DNA of 64,000 nt from Desulfosudaceae bacterium (GCA_963674745.2 CAXXDV010000001.1:2432001-2496000), one strand, 5' to 3'. Numbered from the stretch's first letter, positions 17,362 to 28,032 are shown. A program made the numbers and translations. The notes: generated from the sequence alone by a model not told the origin.

Positions 17362-18810
17362 TCACAACACCAGATCCTCCACAAAAGCCCACAACTGGTT
17401 CAGGTTCCGGCAGGGACGGACTTCATGGCAGTATCTTCGAAACAGGCGCATATCGCTGTCTCCATTGTCCCAGGTGACCAGAGACTCGGGGTTGAGCCAG
17501 ATAATGCGCCGGCATTTTTTGCGCAATTCATTGAGCACATCGACCCGCGGATTCATATAATTGGAGCGGCCGTCGCCGATGATGATCATTGTTGTCCGTC
17601 GGGTCAGCTCATGTAAATGGGATTCTCGGAAACGCAGAAAAGTTTCCCCGTAATCCGTGGGCACCTCCGTGGAAAGTCGCTTGTCCGAAAAGATTCTTTC
17701 TATGGCGGTGTTGATGTCATGCTCCTGGAAAAGGTCGGAAACGTCAGCCACGCCCGCCACAAACACATAACTCTTTACACCGGAAAAGCAGTCCTGCAGG
17801 GCGTAAAGTACAGACAGCATGAATCGGGCGGTCGACCAGACGGATCCGGAAACATCGCACAGGGTAACAATTTTGCTTTTTCTGGGGGGATGGGTTTTAA
17901 ATGCCAGGGTCATGGGGATCCCCTGGGAGCGGTTGGCCCGGCGCAGGGTGGTGGCCACGTCCAGCGCGCCTCGGCGTCGGATGGCCTGGCGGCGTGAGGC
18001 CACGTCTTTTAATTTATTTACCAGGCGGTCGATGATGTCCCGGATGGATTCGATTTCCGCAGGAGACAGGTTGGCCAGGGGCGTTTCACCGATGGTCTGA
18101 AAACGCTGCTGGGTGGCATTGACCTCACGAAGTCCGACATTGTCGGGTTGGGGGTCATGCCGGAAGAGGTCATCGGCCCGGTCCAGAAGCGACAGGAAAT
18201 GGTTTTCAACGGCCCGCCGCGTCACCGGATCGTCAGCCAGTCGGGTTTCGGCCAGTTCCCTGGAGCGGGTCCGCATGTGATTGATTTTCAGCATGATGTC
18301 CAGCCGCTGGGACATCTCTCCCAGGTTGGATCTTAACGGTACCTGCCGGGCCTCTTCATCGGCATTATTGAGCTCCCGCAGAAAGTTCAGCCAGGGTTGG
18401 GGCCGGCCGCTCAAAAAGTCCAGCAGAGCCGCGCTGACCGGGTCTTCTTCACCTGAGCCGGCCTGCAGATTCCGGTGTTGATCCCGCAAATTGTTTAAAA
18501 TGTCCTTGGTGCCGGCTGCGGTTATGTCCGACAGAGAATTGTCATCACCCGATTCCATGGCCAGGTCGTGGAAAAAGAGCTGGTAAAGAGCTTCAAATTT
18601 GGGCTGATCGCGTTGGGCCTTGACAAAATTGGCGCCCAGCAGGGTTTTGAATTCTGATTCCGCCAGCGGATCGATCAGGCAGAGTTGATTAACCGTGTCA
18701 AGGATTTCAGCGGTGGAAACAAAAAGTTCCGAAGCCCGGCAGCAGTCGGCAAAACGCAGGACGGTATCAAGCAGATGATTCGTCTGCGGTTGGACGGCCA
18801 CATCAGCCAT
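17362..18810 (-). CDS. CoxE-like VWA-domain protein
   Basis: LCDVSGSV MIDAS, TDYG, IIGDGRSNY, WLNPE. Confidence 0.88.
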   Translation of the reverse strand: MADVAVQPQTNHLLDTVLRFADCCRASELFVSTAEILDTVNQLCLIDPLAESEFKTLLGANFVKAQRDQPKFEALYQLFFHDLAMESGDDNSLSDITAAGTKDILNNLRDQHRNLQAGSGEEDPVSAALLDFLSGRPQPWLNFLRELNNADEEARQVPLRSNLGEMSQRLDIMLKINHMRTRSRELAETRLADDPVTRRAVENHFLSLLDRADDLFRHDPQPDNVGLREVNATQQRFQTIGETPLANLSPAEIESIRDIIDRLVNKLKDVASRRQAIRRRGALDVATTLRRANRSQGIPMTLAFKTHPPRKSKIVTLCDVSGSVWSTARFMLSVLYALQDCFSGVKSYVFVAGVADVSDLFQEHDINTAIERIFSDKRLSTEVPTDYGETFLRFRESHLHELTRRTTMIIIGDGRSNYMNPRVDVLNELRKKCRRIIWLNPESLVTWDNGDSDMRLFRRYCHEVRPCRNLNQLWAFVEDLVL

Positions 18811-19714
18811 TGACCACCTCATTGATGCAGGGGATGACACGGTCGGCATCGGCCTTGTTTTTACAGAGCACATCCAGGGTGGTTTCCAGCGCTGCCGGCG
18901 TGATCTCGTTAATGTCCAGGGCCATCAGGGCCCGGGCCCAGTCCAGTGTTTCGGAAATACAGGGCCGTTTTTTTAAATCCAGCCGGCGCAACCGGCCGAC
19001 GATATCGATCATTTTTGCCAGCAGAATTCGGTCGATTTCCGGTATTCTTTTTCTGACGATGGCCAGTTCGGTGTCCGGTTCCGGATAGTCGATATAAAGA
19101 TAAAGGCAGCGGCGTTTTAAGGCGTTGCTCATGTCGCGATAACTGTTTGACGTCAGAAAAACAGCCGGCCGGGTGGTGGCTGTCTTGGTGCCGATTTCAG
19201 GGATGGTGACCTGGAAATCGCTGAGCAGTTCCAGCAGAAAAGCTTCAAATTCCGGGTCGGCCTTGTCCACTTCGTCAATCAGCAGGACGACCGGCTGCTC
19301 TGATAAAATGGCCTGGAGCAGCGGCCGTGGCTGGATAAACCGTTCAGAAAAAAAGGCGTCTTCTTCAGCGGCGATTTTGTCCACGGCCTGGGCAATGGAA
19401 TCCGTGTCAGCCAGCAGGGAACCGATTTTCTCCCGGACCATCTGGGTATAGAGGAGTTGTTTGGCATATTCCCATTCGTACAGGGCCTTTGATTCGTCCA
19501 GTCCCTCGTAGCATTGAAGCCGAATCAGCCGGCGGCCGGTGGCGGTTGCCACTGCCCGGGCCAGTTCGGTTTTCCCGACGCCGGCCGGACCTTCCACCAG
19601 TATCGGTTTTTCCGTGGCCATGGCCAGAAAGACAACGGTGGCGATTTTGGGTGATGGAATATAACTGCTGGCCTGAAGCCGACGGGTGACATCATTAATG
19701 TCATTAAATATCAT
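18803..19714 (-). CDS. CoxD-like MoxR AAA+ ATPase
   Basis: VEGPAGVGKT, RLQCYEGLDESKALYEW, LLIDEVDKAD, ETLDWA. Confidence 0.92.
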   Translation of the reverse strand: MIFNDINDVTRRLQASSYIPSPKIATVVFLAMATEKPILVEGPAGVGKTELARAVATATGRRLIRLQCYEGLDESKALYEWEYAKQLLYTQMVREKIGSLLADTDSIAQAVDKIAAEEDAFFSERFIQPRPLLQAILSEQPVVLLIDEVDKADPEFEAFLLELLSDFQVTIPEIGTKTATTRPAVFLTSNSYRDMSNALKRRCLYLYIDYPEPDTELAIVRKRIPEIDRILLAKMIDIVGRLRRLDLKKRPCISETLDWARALMALDINEITPAALETTLDVLCKNKADADRVIPCINEVVNG

Positions 19715-20021
19715 AAATACGTCTCCTGTTTTTTCGTACCGGGCAACCGGATGTGTTTAAAACCGACGCGAATTTTTTCGGCCCGGCGGCTATCCCGACG
19801 CGGGCCGATGATATATGATTGCCCTGAAAAACGCATCGTCTGGAGACCAAGATAAAAAAGATCAGGACAAAATACAAGAAGTTGATTTTAGACGAAGAAA
19901 TTAATTGCTCCGGGCGTCTGCCGGGTGTTCGGTGAATTGGGGCTTGCATGTTGGCCGGATATCCTGTACTTTTTTAACCCGTGAAATATGCCGGATACGA
20001 CTAAAAAGTTTGGAATACTTT

Positions 20022-20579
20022 ATGTTTTTTAAAAAAAAGCAGAAAACGACCTTTTCCGATTCGTCTCACCGAACCATGGACCGGCAGACACCGGGCCTGG
20101 TCCAGAGTATTCTTCTGGGCTACGGCATTGTTGTGCTGCATATTTCCCTTATCGCCATGGTCGGCCTGGTGGTATTGGTACTGAGCGGTATTGTTAATTA
20201 TTTTATCTGGCTGCTGCTGGGCGGCATAGCCCTGTTCGGCGGCGGGGTCTGGTATTTTTTAAGGAAAATGAAGGATGAACAGCAGGCCATCCGTCGTATT
20301 CTCGGGCTGCCGGAATTCCAGAATAAAACCGTGGAAATTTCCCTGTTCGGCGGCGCCGCTTCCCTCAAAGTCGGCAGCCGGACCGACGACATCATGGATG
20401 TCAAATCCATTGGCGCGTCATCAACACCCTTGCTGGACGACCCGGGCCGGACGCGTCTGGATGACCTGGGTGAATTAAGCCGTTTGTTCGACAACGGCAT
20501 GATTACCAGAGAAGAGTTTGAACAGTTAAAGATCGAACTCCTGTCCCAGGCCGTGAGCCGGGGCAGCCACTCCGCATAG
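20022..20579 (+). CDS. membrane protein with C-terminal SHOCT-like domain
   Basis: Two TM helices; LGELSRLFDNGMITREEFEQLKIELL. Confidence 0.75.
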   Translation: MFFKKKQKTTFSDSSHRTMDRQTPGLVQSILLGYGIVVLHISLIAMVGLVVLVLSGIVNYFIWLLLGGIALFGGGVWYFLRKMKDEQQAIRRILGLPEFQNKTVEISLFGGAASLKVGSRTDDIMDVKSIGASSTPLLDDPGRTRLDDLGELSRLFDNGMITREEFEQLKIELLSQAVSRGSHSA

Positions 20580-20705
20580 CCGGTGTCTTTTTTTTCAGGT
20601 GGTGGTGTAAAAACGTGTGGTCGGGTAGGCCAGGTCAATGTCGGCTGTTTCGTTAAACGCATTAAGGATTGCTTCCCAAACTTGTTCTTCCTTTTATAAT
20701 ATTTG

Positions 20706-21524
20706 TTAAGCAATTTCAAGTGGTTCTTTATTGATATGAAACAGTCTGCAGGTATTGTCCCAGATGATGGGGGCCAGGATTTCAGGTGCCTGGTTGCGGA
20801 CTTCGGCCAGTTTCATGAACACGGTTTTGACAAAGGCGGGTTCATTGCGCTTGACCTTGTTACGATCCGGGGTGGGGGTAAGGTAAGGCGCATCGGTTTC
20901 AACCAGCAGCCGGTCGTCGGGGATGTGGTTGACCAGTTGTCGCAGCTCCTGCCCCCTGGTTTTAATGGTGACCACGCCGGTGACACCGACATAAAGACCC
21001 AAATCCAGGTAAGCGGACAGCTCCTGACGGTTGCCGCTGAAGCAGTGGACGACACCGGTCTGGCCGGGTGCCATTTCGGTTTTAAGTATTTCAAGAAAAC
21101 GACCTCCTGAATCCCTTTCATGAAATATCAGCGGCAGGTCGGCCTCTTTCGCTTCGGCGATTTGCCGACAGAGCCATTTTTCCTGTGCTTGTTTCGGTGA
21201 ATGCATGCGGTTAAAATCCAGGCCTGTTTCTCCCCAGGCACGGACATCCGGCGTAGATGCCGCCAGGTCTCGAAGGGCCTTTATGGCGTCTTCATCAGCC
21301 CGGGAAGCATCATGTGGATGGATCCCTACCGAGGCGTACACACCGTCATGCTGACCGGCAATCTCAACCGCTTTTCTGGAACTGGCCGGGGTAATGCCGA
21401 CGACCATGCAGGCCTGAACACCGGCCTGATGGGCCCGGGAAAGGACGGTGTCCAGGTCTTTGTTATAGGTTTTATCATCCAGGTGGCAATGGCTGTCAAA
21501 AAGTCGTATCGGAGGCAAGTTCAT
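20706..21524 (-). CDS. tatD: TatD-family metal-dependent DNase
   Basis: DSHCHL, GIHPH, GETGLD, HCFSG, ETDAPYL. Confidence 0.93.
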   Translation of the reverse strand: MNLPPIRLFDSHCHLDDKTYNKDLDTVLSRAHQAGVQACMVVGITPASSRKAVEIAGQHDGVYASVGIHPHDASRADEDAIKALRDLAASTPDVRAWGETGLDFNRMHSPKQAQEKWLCRQIAEAKEADLPLIFHERDSGGRFLEILKTEMAPGQTGVVHCFSGNRQELSAYLDLGLYVGVTGVVTIKTRGQELRQLVNHIPDDRLLVETDAPYLTPTPDRNKVKRNEPAFVKTVFMKLAEVRNQAPEILAPIIWDNTCRLFHINKEPLEIA

Positions 21525-21566
21525 GGCGCTTTCGTTTCAGTTTAGATTAACAGCAATGGTTTCGTA

Positions 21567-22970
21567 TTATTGCCGGGTTAAGGGTATATCCCATTTTTTC
21601 ATGTATTTCCAGATAGCGGCCCGGCTGTACCCGCTTTTTCTGGCCACTTCAGCCTTGTTCCAGTCACTTTCCGAAAGCAGTTGCAGCAAAACTGCGGGGG
21701 TAAGGGGCGTCCGTTCACGGGGCGGGCTTTTGTCCGTTGACTCAGGCGGGTGCATTGGCTGGCGATATTCCGTTTGCAGGATTTCAGCCGGAAGGTCAAA
21801 CACGTCGACGTATTTGGCGCTACAAAGCACAAAAGCATGCTCAACGGCGTTTTCCAGTTCGCGCACGTTGCCGGGCCAGTTGTAATCAAGAAGAATTCGT
21901 AAGGCCGGGTTGGTCACGCCGGCGATGGCTTTCCCGGTTTTTTCATTCTGGAGATTGATAAAATGGCTGATTAAAAGCGGAATGTCCTTTTTGCGGTTTC
22001 GCAACGGGGGCAGGTTGATGGGAAATACCTTGAGGCGGTAATAAAGGTCCTCCCTGAAAACACCATTTTGTACCAGTTCATAAAGGTGTTTGTTTGAGGC
22101 GGTGATGATCCGGATATTGATTCTTCGTTTTTTTGATTCGCCCACACGCTCTATCTCTCTTTCCTGGATGGCCCGAAGCAGCTTGACCTGGATAGCAGCG
22201 CTGATATCACCGATTTCATCTAAAAAAAGGGTGCCGCCGTCGGCTTCTTCAAAACGGCCTGCCCGGTCACTGACGGCACTGGTAAAGGCGCCTTTTACAT
22301 GGCCGAACAGTTCGCTTTCCAGAAGAGACTCCGAAAGGGCGCTGCAATTGACCGAGACAAACGGCATCTGCGAACGGCGGCTGTTGTAATGAACCGCGCC
22401 GGCCACCAGCTCTTTGCCGGTACCGCTTTCTCCCTGGATCAGAATGGTGGCGTCACTGTCCGCTGCCGCCCGAATGGCGGAAAAAACCTCCCGCATCAGT
22501 TTGCTTTCGCCGATGATATTTTCCAGCCGGTGAATATTGCCCAGTTTCAGGTTGGCGGTTTCCGCCTCGCGTCGTGTATTATAAAGTTCCGTCAGGTTGG
22601 TAACGGTTTCGACCACGCCGCGGCCCACGCCGGTCTGGTCTTTGAGGATGCGGGCGTTCTTTAGTACCGGGATGTCCCGACCGTTTTTATGTTTTAAAAA
22701 GCACTCCTTGGCTTCAATCCGGCCATGCCTGAATATGTCGCATTCACCGATGCCTGATGGGCAGGTTTTCCCGAAGCAGTTGTTAAATTGCATTAAGGCG
22801 CAGGTTTTACCGATGGCCTCTTCAGCCGTGTAGCCGGAAATCCTTTCCATGGCCGGGTTCCATGAGGTAATTTCACCGTTTTCGTCAACGGTGAAAACGC
22901 CTTCGGCCATGGACTCAAGCAGCAGTTTTTCGAATCCCAGCGCATGAAAGTCGGGAACATGATGGTTCAT
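21567..22970 (-). CDS. sigma54-dependent activator with Cys-rich PAS domain
   Basis: PAS; GESGTGKE, ESELFGHVKGAFT, FLDEIG, WPGNVREL; Fis-type HTH. Confidence 0.93.
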   Translation of the reverse strand: MNHHVPDFHALGFEKLLLESMAEGVFTVDENGEITSWNPAMERISGYTAEEAIGKTCALMQFNNCFGKTCPSGIGECDIFRHGRIEAKECFLKHKNGRDIPVLKNARILKDQTGVGRGVVETVTNLTELYNTRREAETANLKLGNIHRLENIIGESKLMREVFSAIRAAADSDATILIQGESGTGKELVAGAVHYNSRRSQMPFVSVNCSALSESLLESELFGHVKGAFTSAVSDRAGRFEEADGGTLFLDEIGDISAAIQVKLLRAIQEREIERVGESKKRRINIRIITASNKHLYELVQNGVFREDLYYRLKVFPINLPPLRNRKKDIPLLISHFINLQNEKTGKAIAGVTNPALRILLDYNWPGNVRELENAVEHAFVLCSAKYVDVFDLPAEILQTEYRQPMHPPESTDKSPPRERTPLTPAVLLQLLSESDWNKAEVARKSGYSRAAIWKYMKKWDIPLTRQ

Positions 22971-23007
22971 AGCCAGCCTTTTTTGATGGGTTACGGTAAC
23001 GCTATGA

Positions 23008-23137
23008 TGGCGCCACTAGCATTCTATGTGGCGCCACTTTTTGTGTCAAGTCGTTTTCTGGATCTATGGTATAAGCACTGATATTTTAAATATTTGAAAG
23101 TATATAGCGTTTTCCCCCTTTTTGGCATGTTCTTTGT
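23008..23137 (+). promoter_or_regulatory. putative activator sites plus sigma54 (-24/-12) promoter
   Basis: TGGCGCCAC twice, 21 bp apart (23008, 23029); TGGCATGTTCTTTGT at 23123-23137 (GG-N10-GT, non-canonical -12). Confidence 0.45.
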
Positions 23138-23314
23138 TTATCAGTGGATTTTAAACAGTGAAAAACCGTTTTTTTAAAATATGATCATTGAATATAATCG
23201 TTTTGAAAGGACGGCATACCGGTTGATTTGGAAAAAAACGGTCCGCATCTCACAAACAGGATAAGACGTGATTTGCTACGGCCTTGATAATTTATACTGT
23301 TTTACTATGTTATT

Positions 23315-23343
23315 TGGACATTAATAAGATTTTGGACTATAAT
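23315..23343 (+). promoter_or_regulatory. putative sigma70 promoter of nfnAB
   Basis: TGGACA-17 nt-TATAAT. Confidence 0.6.
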
Positions 23344-23432
23344 GCGTAAATATATTCAACTCAATTATGATTGTCCTGAATGCAATAAATAACACAAAGA
23401 CCCGGTAACGCTGTTCGGATAAAGGAGAGAAT

Positions 23433-24284
23433 ATGTTTAAAATTGTGAAACGACAGGAAATGGCCCGGGGCACCGTCGTACTCAACGAGGTCGAAGCGCC
23501 GCGGATTGCGGCCAAGGCCCGGCCGGGACAGTTTCTTATTTTAAAGGCTACCGAAGAGGGCGAACGAATTCCCCTGACCATGGCGGATACCAACCCGGAA
23601 AAAGGCACGGTTACCATTGTTTACATGGTGGTCGGCGAGAGCACGGCCCTGTTTTCCAGCCTCAAGGAAGGGGATGGCTACATGGATATGATCGGGCCTT
23701 TGGGGAACCCGACCCATATCGAGAAAGTGGGCAAGGTTGTCTGTGTCGGCGGCGGAACAGGCGTGGCGGTACTTCATCCCATAACCCGGGCGCTTAAGGA
23801 GGCCGGCAATACGGTTACCTGCATTATCGGCGCCCGAAACAAGGACCTGCTGATCCTGGAGAATCAAATGGCCGCTGCTTCTCATGATTTACGCATCTGC
23901 ACGGATGACGGTTCCTACGGGCATCACGGGTTTGTCACCGACGTGTTAAAACAGGTCCTTCAGGAAAATGCTGATATGAAGCTGGCCGTGGCCATCGGAC
24001 CGGTGCCCATGATGAAAGCCTGTTCGGCGGTGACGAAGGAATTCGGCGTCAAGACCATGGTCAGCGTGAACCCCATCATGGTGGATGGGACCGGCATGTG
24101 CGGCGGCTGCCGGGTGTCGGTGGGCGGAAAGACGAAATTCGCCTGCGTAGACGGCCCGGAGTTTGATGGCCATGAAGTGGATTACGATGAGTTGATGCTG
24201 AGGCTGAGGGCTTATGTTGATCAGGAAAAAGAAAGTCATAACTGTTTTCTAAATCAATCCATGCCCGGAGGTGATAATGGGTGA
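23433..24284 (+). CDS. nfnA: electron-bifurcating transhydrogenase, small subunit
   Basis: PGQF, GERIPLT, GPLG, GGGTG, IGPVPMM, DGTGMCGGCR, CVDGPEF. Confidence 0.92.
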   Translation: MFKIVKRQEMARGTVVLNEVEAPRIAAKARPGQFLILKATEEGERIPLTMADTNPEKGTVTIVYMVVGESTALFSSLKEGDGYMDMIGPLGNPTHIEKVGKVVCVGGGTGVAVLHPITRALKEAGNTVTCIIGARNKDLLILENQMAAASHDLRICTDDGSYGHHGFVTDVLKQVLQENADMKLAVAIGPVPMMKACSAVTKEFGVKTMVSVNPIMVDGTGMCGGCRVSVGGKTKFACVDGPEFDGHEVDYDELMLRLRAYVDQEKESHNCFLNQSMPGGDNG

Positions 24285-25686
24285 AAAAGATAAAAAGGAA
24301 AAGACGCCGAGGCAGGCCATGCCCGAGCAGCCGGCTGATGTAAGGGCCAGGAATTTTGATGAAGTCCCCCTGGGGTTGAGCCCTGAAGCAGCTGCCCTGG
24401 AAGCCGGGCGGTGCCTGCAATGCAAGAAACCGGCCTGCGTGGCGGGTTGCCCGGTCGGTGTTGACATACCGGGATTTATCGGCTTGATCCGGGATGGCGA
24501 TTTTACCGGTGCTATTCAGAAAATATGGGCGCGCAACGGTCTTCCCGCTGTCTGCGGCCGGGTCTGTCCCCAGGAACTGCAGTGCGAAGGTGCCTGTATC
24601 CTGGGAAAAAGGGATGAACCCGTGGCCATCGGCAATCTCGAGCGTTTTGCAGCTGATTATGAACGGGCCCATCGTAAGGCGGCCAAACCGGACAAGGCGC
24701 CGTCCACCGGGAAAAAGGTGGCGGTTGTCGGAGCCGGTCCGGCCGGCCTGACCGTGGCCGGTGATCTTATCTTAAAAGGCCATGACGTCAGTATTTTTGA
24801 AGCCTTTCATAAACCCGGCGGCGTGTTGGTGTACGGCATCCCCCAATTCCGGCTGCCCAAAGAGATTGTTTTTTCCGAAGTGGACGGTCTGGATGCGCTG
24901 GGGGTTAAAATCGAAGTTAATACGGTGGTCGGCCGCAGCGTGACCATTGAAGAGTTGTTCGAGGATGGTTATGACGCCATATTTATCGGTGTGGGCGCCG
25001 GTCTGCCCATGTTTCTGGGGGTTCCCGGCGAAAATTTTGCCGGTGTTTTTTCGGCCAATGAATACCTGACCCGTACCAACCTGATGAAGGCTTACCGGTT
25101 CCCTGAATATAACACACCGGTAATCAAGGGGAAAAACGTGGTGACCATCGGCGGCGGCAACGTGGCCATGGACGCCGCCCGGACGGCACTTCGCCTGGGT
25201 GCGGAAAATTCCTATATCGTGTACCGCCGGTCCAAAGCCGAATTGCCGGCTCGCGCCGCGGAAGTGCATCATGCCGAGGAAGAAGGGGTTATTTTTCGCC
25301 TGTTGACCAATCCCACCCGGTTTTTCGGTGACGAGAACGGCCGAGTAACCGGTATGGAGGCCCTGCAGATGGAACTGGGTGAACCCGATGATTCGGGCCG
25401 GAGGCGGCCCGTGCCGGTTGAAGGATCGGAGTTTACCATCGACTGCGACCTGGTGATTGTGGCCATCGGCGCCGGTGCCAATCCCCTCCTGACCCGATCA
25501 ACCGAAGGCCTGGCGCTGAATAAAAGGGGCTATATCGTTGCCGACGAAAAGACCGGTAAAACCAGCCGCAGAGGGGTCTGGGCCGGAGGTGATATCGTCA
25601 CCGGGTCGGCCACGGTTATTCTGGCCATGGGTGCCGGACGTGTCGCTGCAGATTCAATGCACGATTACTTGACTCTGGGGTGGTAG
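24277..25686 (+). CDS. nfnB: electron-bifurcating transhydrogenase, large subunit (GltD-like)
   Basis: RCLQCKKPACVAGCP, CGRVCPQELQCE, GAGPAG, GGGNVAMD, GGDIVTG; overlaps nfnA. Confidence 0.92.
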   Translation: MGEKDKKEKTPRQAMPEQPADVRARNFDEVPLGLSPEAAALEAGRCLQCKKPACVAGCPVGVDIPGFIGLIRDGDFTGAIQKIWARNGLPAVCGRVCPQELQCEGACILGKRDEPVAIGNLERFAADYERAHRKAAKPDKAPSTGKKVAVVGAGPAGLTVAGDLILKGHDVSIFEAFHKPGGVLVYGIPQFRLPKEIVFSEVDGLDALGVKIEVNTVVGRSVTIEELFEDGYDAIFIGVGAGLPMFLGVPGENFAGVFSANEYLTRTNLMKAYRFPEYNTPVIKGKNVVTIGGGNVAMDAARTALRLGAENSYIVYRRSKAELPARAAEVHHAEEEGVIFRLLTNPTRFFGDENGRVTGMEALQMELGEPDDSGRRRPVPVEGSEFTIDCDLVIVAIGAGANPLLTRSTEGLALNKRGYIVADEKTGKTSRRGVWAGGDIVTGSATVILAMGAGRVAADSMHDYLTLGW

Positions 25687-25833
25687 CTGGCGGCTTCAAT
25701 AACTTATATTATTGGCTGGACAGGTCGTGGTGGATTGTATATACTTTGTTTAATCATGTACATATGAAAGGATATGCAGGCGAATTGACTTGCTCGTTAT
25801 GAAGATTCTACAGCGAACACAGGCGGGAGAAGG

Positions 25834-26280
25834 ATGCGGTTAACGACAAAAAGCAGGTACGGGACCCGTCTGATGCTGGACCTCACGTTATACGGTGGAG
25901 AAAAGCCTGTTCCCTTGAATGTAATTTCCAAACGCCAGAACATCTCCATAAAGTACCTGGAACACCTTACCGCTAAACTCAAAAAAGACGGTCTTATTGT
26001 CAGCAGACGCGGGCCTTCCGGCGGACATAAGCTGGCCCGGCCGCCTGGAGAAATAACGATGGGTGATATCGTCAGAAGCCTGGAGGAAAAGACCGCTCTG
26101 ACGGAATGCTCGGAAACCAACGAAACATATTGCAGCACTTGTGACCGGGCGGGTGAATGCCTTACCCGCTGGGTCTGGGTTGAGGCAAGCAACGCCATGT
26201 TCAAACGCCTTGATCAGATTACACTGGAGAGCCTGGTAAACGACAAGCCCACATTAAAGCCGGAGCATAGCAGTGTTTAG
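25834..26280 (+). CDS. Rrf2-family transcriptional regulator (Cys-bearing)
   Basis: MRLTTKSRYG, YLE, SRRGPSGG, EC...C..C.....C; paralog of 55492..55944. Confidence 0.92.
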   Translation: MRLTTKSRYGTRLMLDLTLYGGEKPVPLNVISKRQNISIKYLEHLTAKLKKDGLIVSRRGPSGGHKLARPPGEITMGDIVRSLEEKTALTECSETNETYCSTCDRAGECLTRWVWVEASNAMFKRLDQITLESLVNDKPTLKPEHSSV

Positions 26281-26547
26281 CGATAAAAGTGATTAGCCAG
26301 GATCTTTCACGGGTTGAAAGACAGGAACCTGTTTCGGCGTAAGGTGTTTGCAAAAAGATGTCCGACTGTTTCTTTATGACCAGCAAAAAAATTTGTTATC
26401 TTTTTTGAAACACGTTGTTATTCATTGTTTTATTCCTTAATGCTTTTCATCTTAATCGAAGCCTTAATCGGGGTTGAGAAAATAAAGGGACAAGTCTTTC
26501 TGCCATAAAACGGCAGAGATCGCGAGCAGCAACGGACAGGGGGACCC

Positions 26548-28032
26548 ATGAGAACCGATCAGGAAAAAGAGCTGTTAATAAAAGCAATAGACGCCTCAAA
26601 GAGAAAATTTATCATTATCTCTCCTGATTACGTTCTTCTGGCGTTTAACGAATACACGCGGCAAATCGCCGATGGCGGTGACCTTAAGGGGCGGCATTGC
26701 TATGAAGCGTTTTACGATCGTCAGGCGCCCTGTGAGGGGTGTACGGCGACACGCGTTATGTTAACCGGAAAACAGTCACTGGAAAGCGCCAGGAAAGGAA
26801 TTTTTGAAATAACCAATACTTCCTGTTTCTATTCTTATCCGGTTTTTAACGGAGATGATATGGATGCTGTGGTGACGATTGATCTTGATCTGGATGCCGT
26901 TGGCGATATGCTGGGGCGCATTGACCGGTCTAATGCGTTTCTACGGAATCTTATTTTGAGTTCAGTGGACGGTGTTATTGCAGCCGACATGACCGGAAAA
27001 ATTATCATCTTTAATGAAGCTGCCGCGGAGATAATGGGGTATAGTGTTCAAGAGGCCTTGAACCATTTGGACATCAGAGATGTTTATCCCGGGGACGGTG
27101 CCCGGGAAGTCATGAAAAAGCTTCGCAGCGAGGAATATGGCGGTAAGGGCAAGGTCAAGTCATATGAAGTGAAAACACAGAAAAAAAATGGTGACCTGAC
27201 ACCGATCTGCTTGAATGCCGCCATTGTTTATGAGGGTGATAAAGCGATCGCCTCGATCGGTTTTTTCCACGATATGACCGAAGAGCTGAAAATGAAGGCC
27301 GACCTTCAGAAGACCCAGACGCAGCTTCTTCAGGCGGAAAAGATGTCATCGCTGGGTAAGCTGGCGGCCGGCGTGGCCCATCAATTGAACAATCCCCTGG
27401 GAGGAATAACGCTTTATGCCAAGCTGCTGCTTGAAGATTATGACCTTTGTGAGGAAGCCGTTGAAGATGTAAACCGTATTATCCGGGATGCGCAAAGAGG
27501 CACTGAAACCGTCAAGGAACTGCTGGAATTCGCAAGGCAGACCCGGTTAAAACGGGTTCGGGTCGACGTCAATCAGGCTGTTTCAAGAACGTTGTTTCTG
27601 CTCGAAAACCAGACACTGTTTCATGATATCCAGATCGAAAAAGATTTTTATGAAAAGTCCCTTGTTATCAGTGCCGATATTCAGCAGCTTAATCATGTTT
27701 TTATGAATATTATTCTTAATGCCGCCCAGGCCATGGAAGGAAAAGGCCGACTTGAGATACAAACCGGCCTGGATGCTTCCCGGGGCCTGGTTATGGTAAA
27801 AATATCAGATACCGGGCCGGGAATACCCGAGGACGTCATCCCGCATGTTTTCGAACCTTTTTATACCACCAAGGAAGAGGGCAAGGGCACGGGACTGGGA
27901 CTTAGTCTGGTTTACAGCATAATTGATGAACATGGCGGGCAAATTTCGGCTGACAATCAACCCGGCGGAGGAGGGGTGTTTACGTTTGAACTCCCTGTCC
28001 ATTCGGAGAAAGAAATCAATGACGATGGATGA
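26548..28032 (+). CDS. PAS-domain sensor histidine kinase
   Basis: Same length (494 aa) as, and colinear with, 1839..3323. Confidence 0.92.
   Translation: MRTDQEKELLIKAIDASKRKFIIISPDYVLLAFNEYTRQIADGGDLKGRHCYEAFYDRQAPCEGCTATRVMLTGKQSLESARKGIFEITNTSCFYSYPVFNGDDMDAVVTIDLDLDAVGDMLGRIDRSNAFLRNLILSSVDGVIAADMTGKIIIFNEAAAEIMGYSVQEALNHLDIRDVYPGDGAREVMKKLRSEEYGGKGKVKSYEVKTQKKNGDLTPICLNAAIVYEGDKAIASIGFFHDMTEELKMKADLQKTQTQLLQAEKMSSLGKLAAGVAHQLNNPLGGITLYAKLLLEDYDLCEEAVEDVNRIIRDAQRGTETVKELLEFARQTRLKRVRVDVNQAVSRTLFLLENQTLFHDIQIEKDFYEKSLVISADIQQLNHVFMNIILNAAQAMEGKGRLEIQTGLDASRGLVMVKISDTGPGIPEDVIPHVFEPFYTTKEEGKGTGLGLSLVYSIIDEHGGQISADNQPGGGGVFTFELPVHSEKEINDDG

Noticed and set aside
8798..21524. tatA and tatD as a Tat locus
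   Set aside because: They are 12 kb apart with unrelated genes between them; TatD is a nuclease not needed for export, and no tatC is present
24277..25686. Glutamate synthase small subunit (gltD)
   Set aside because: No gltB nearby and it overlaps an nfnA gene, so NfnB is preferred
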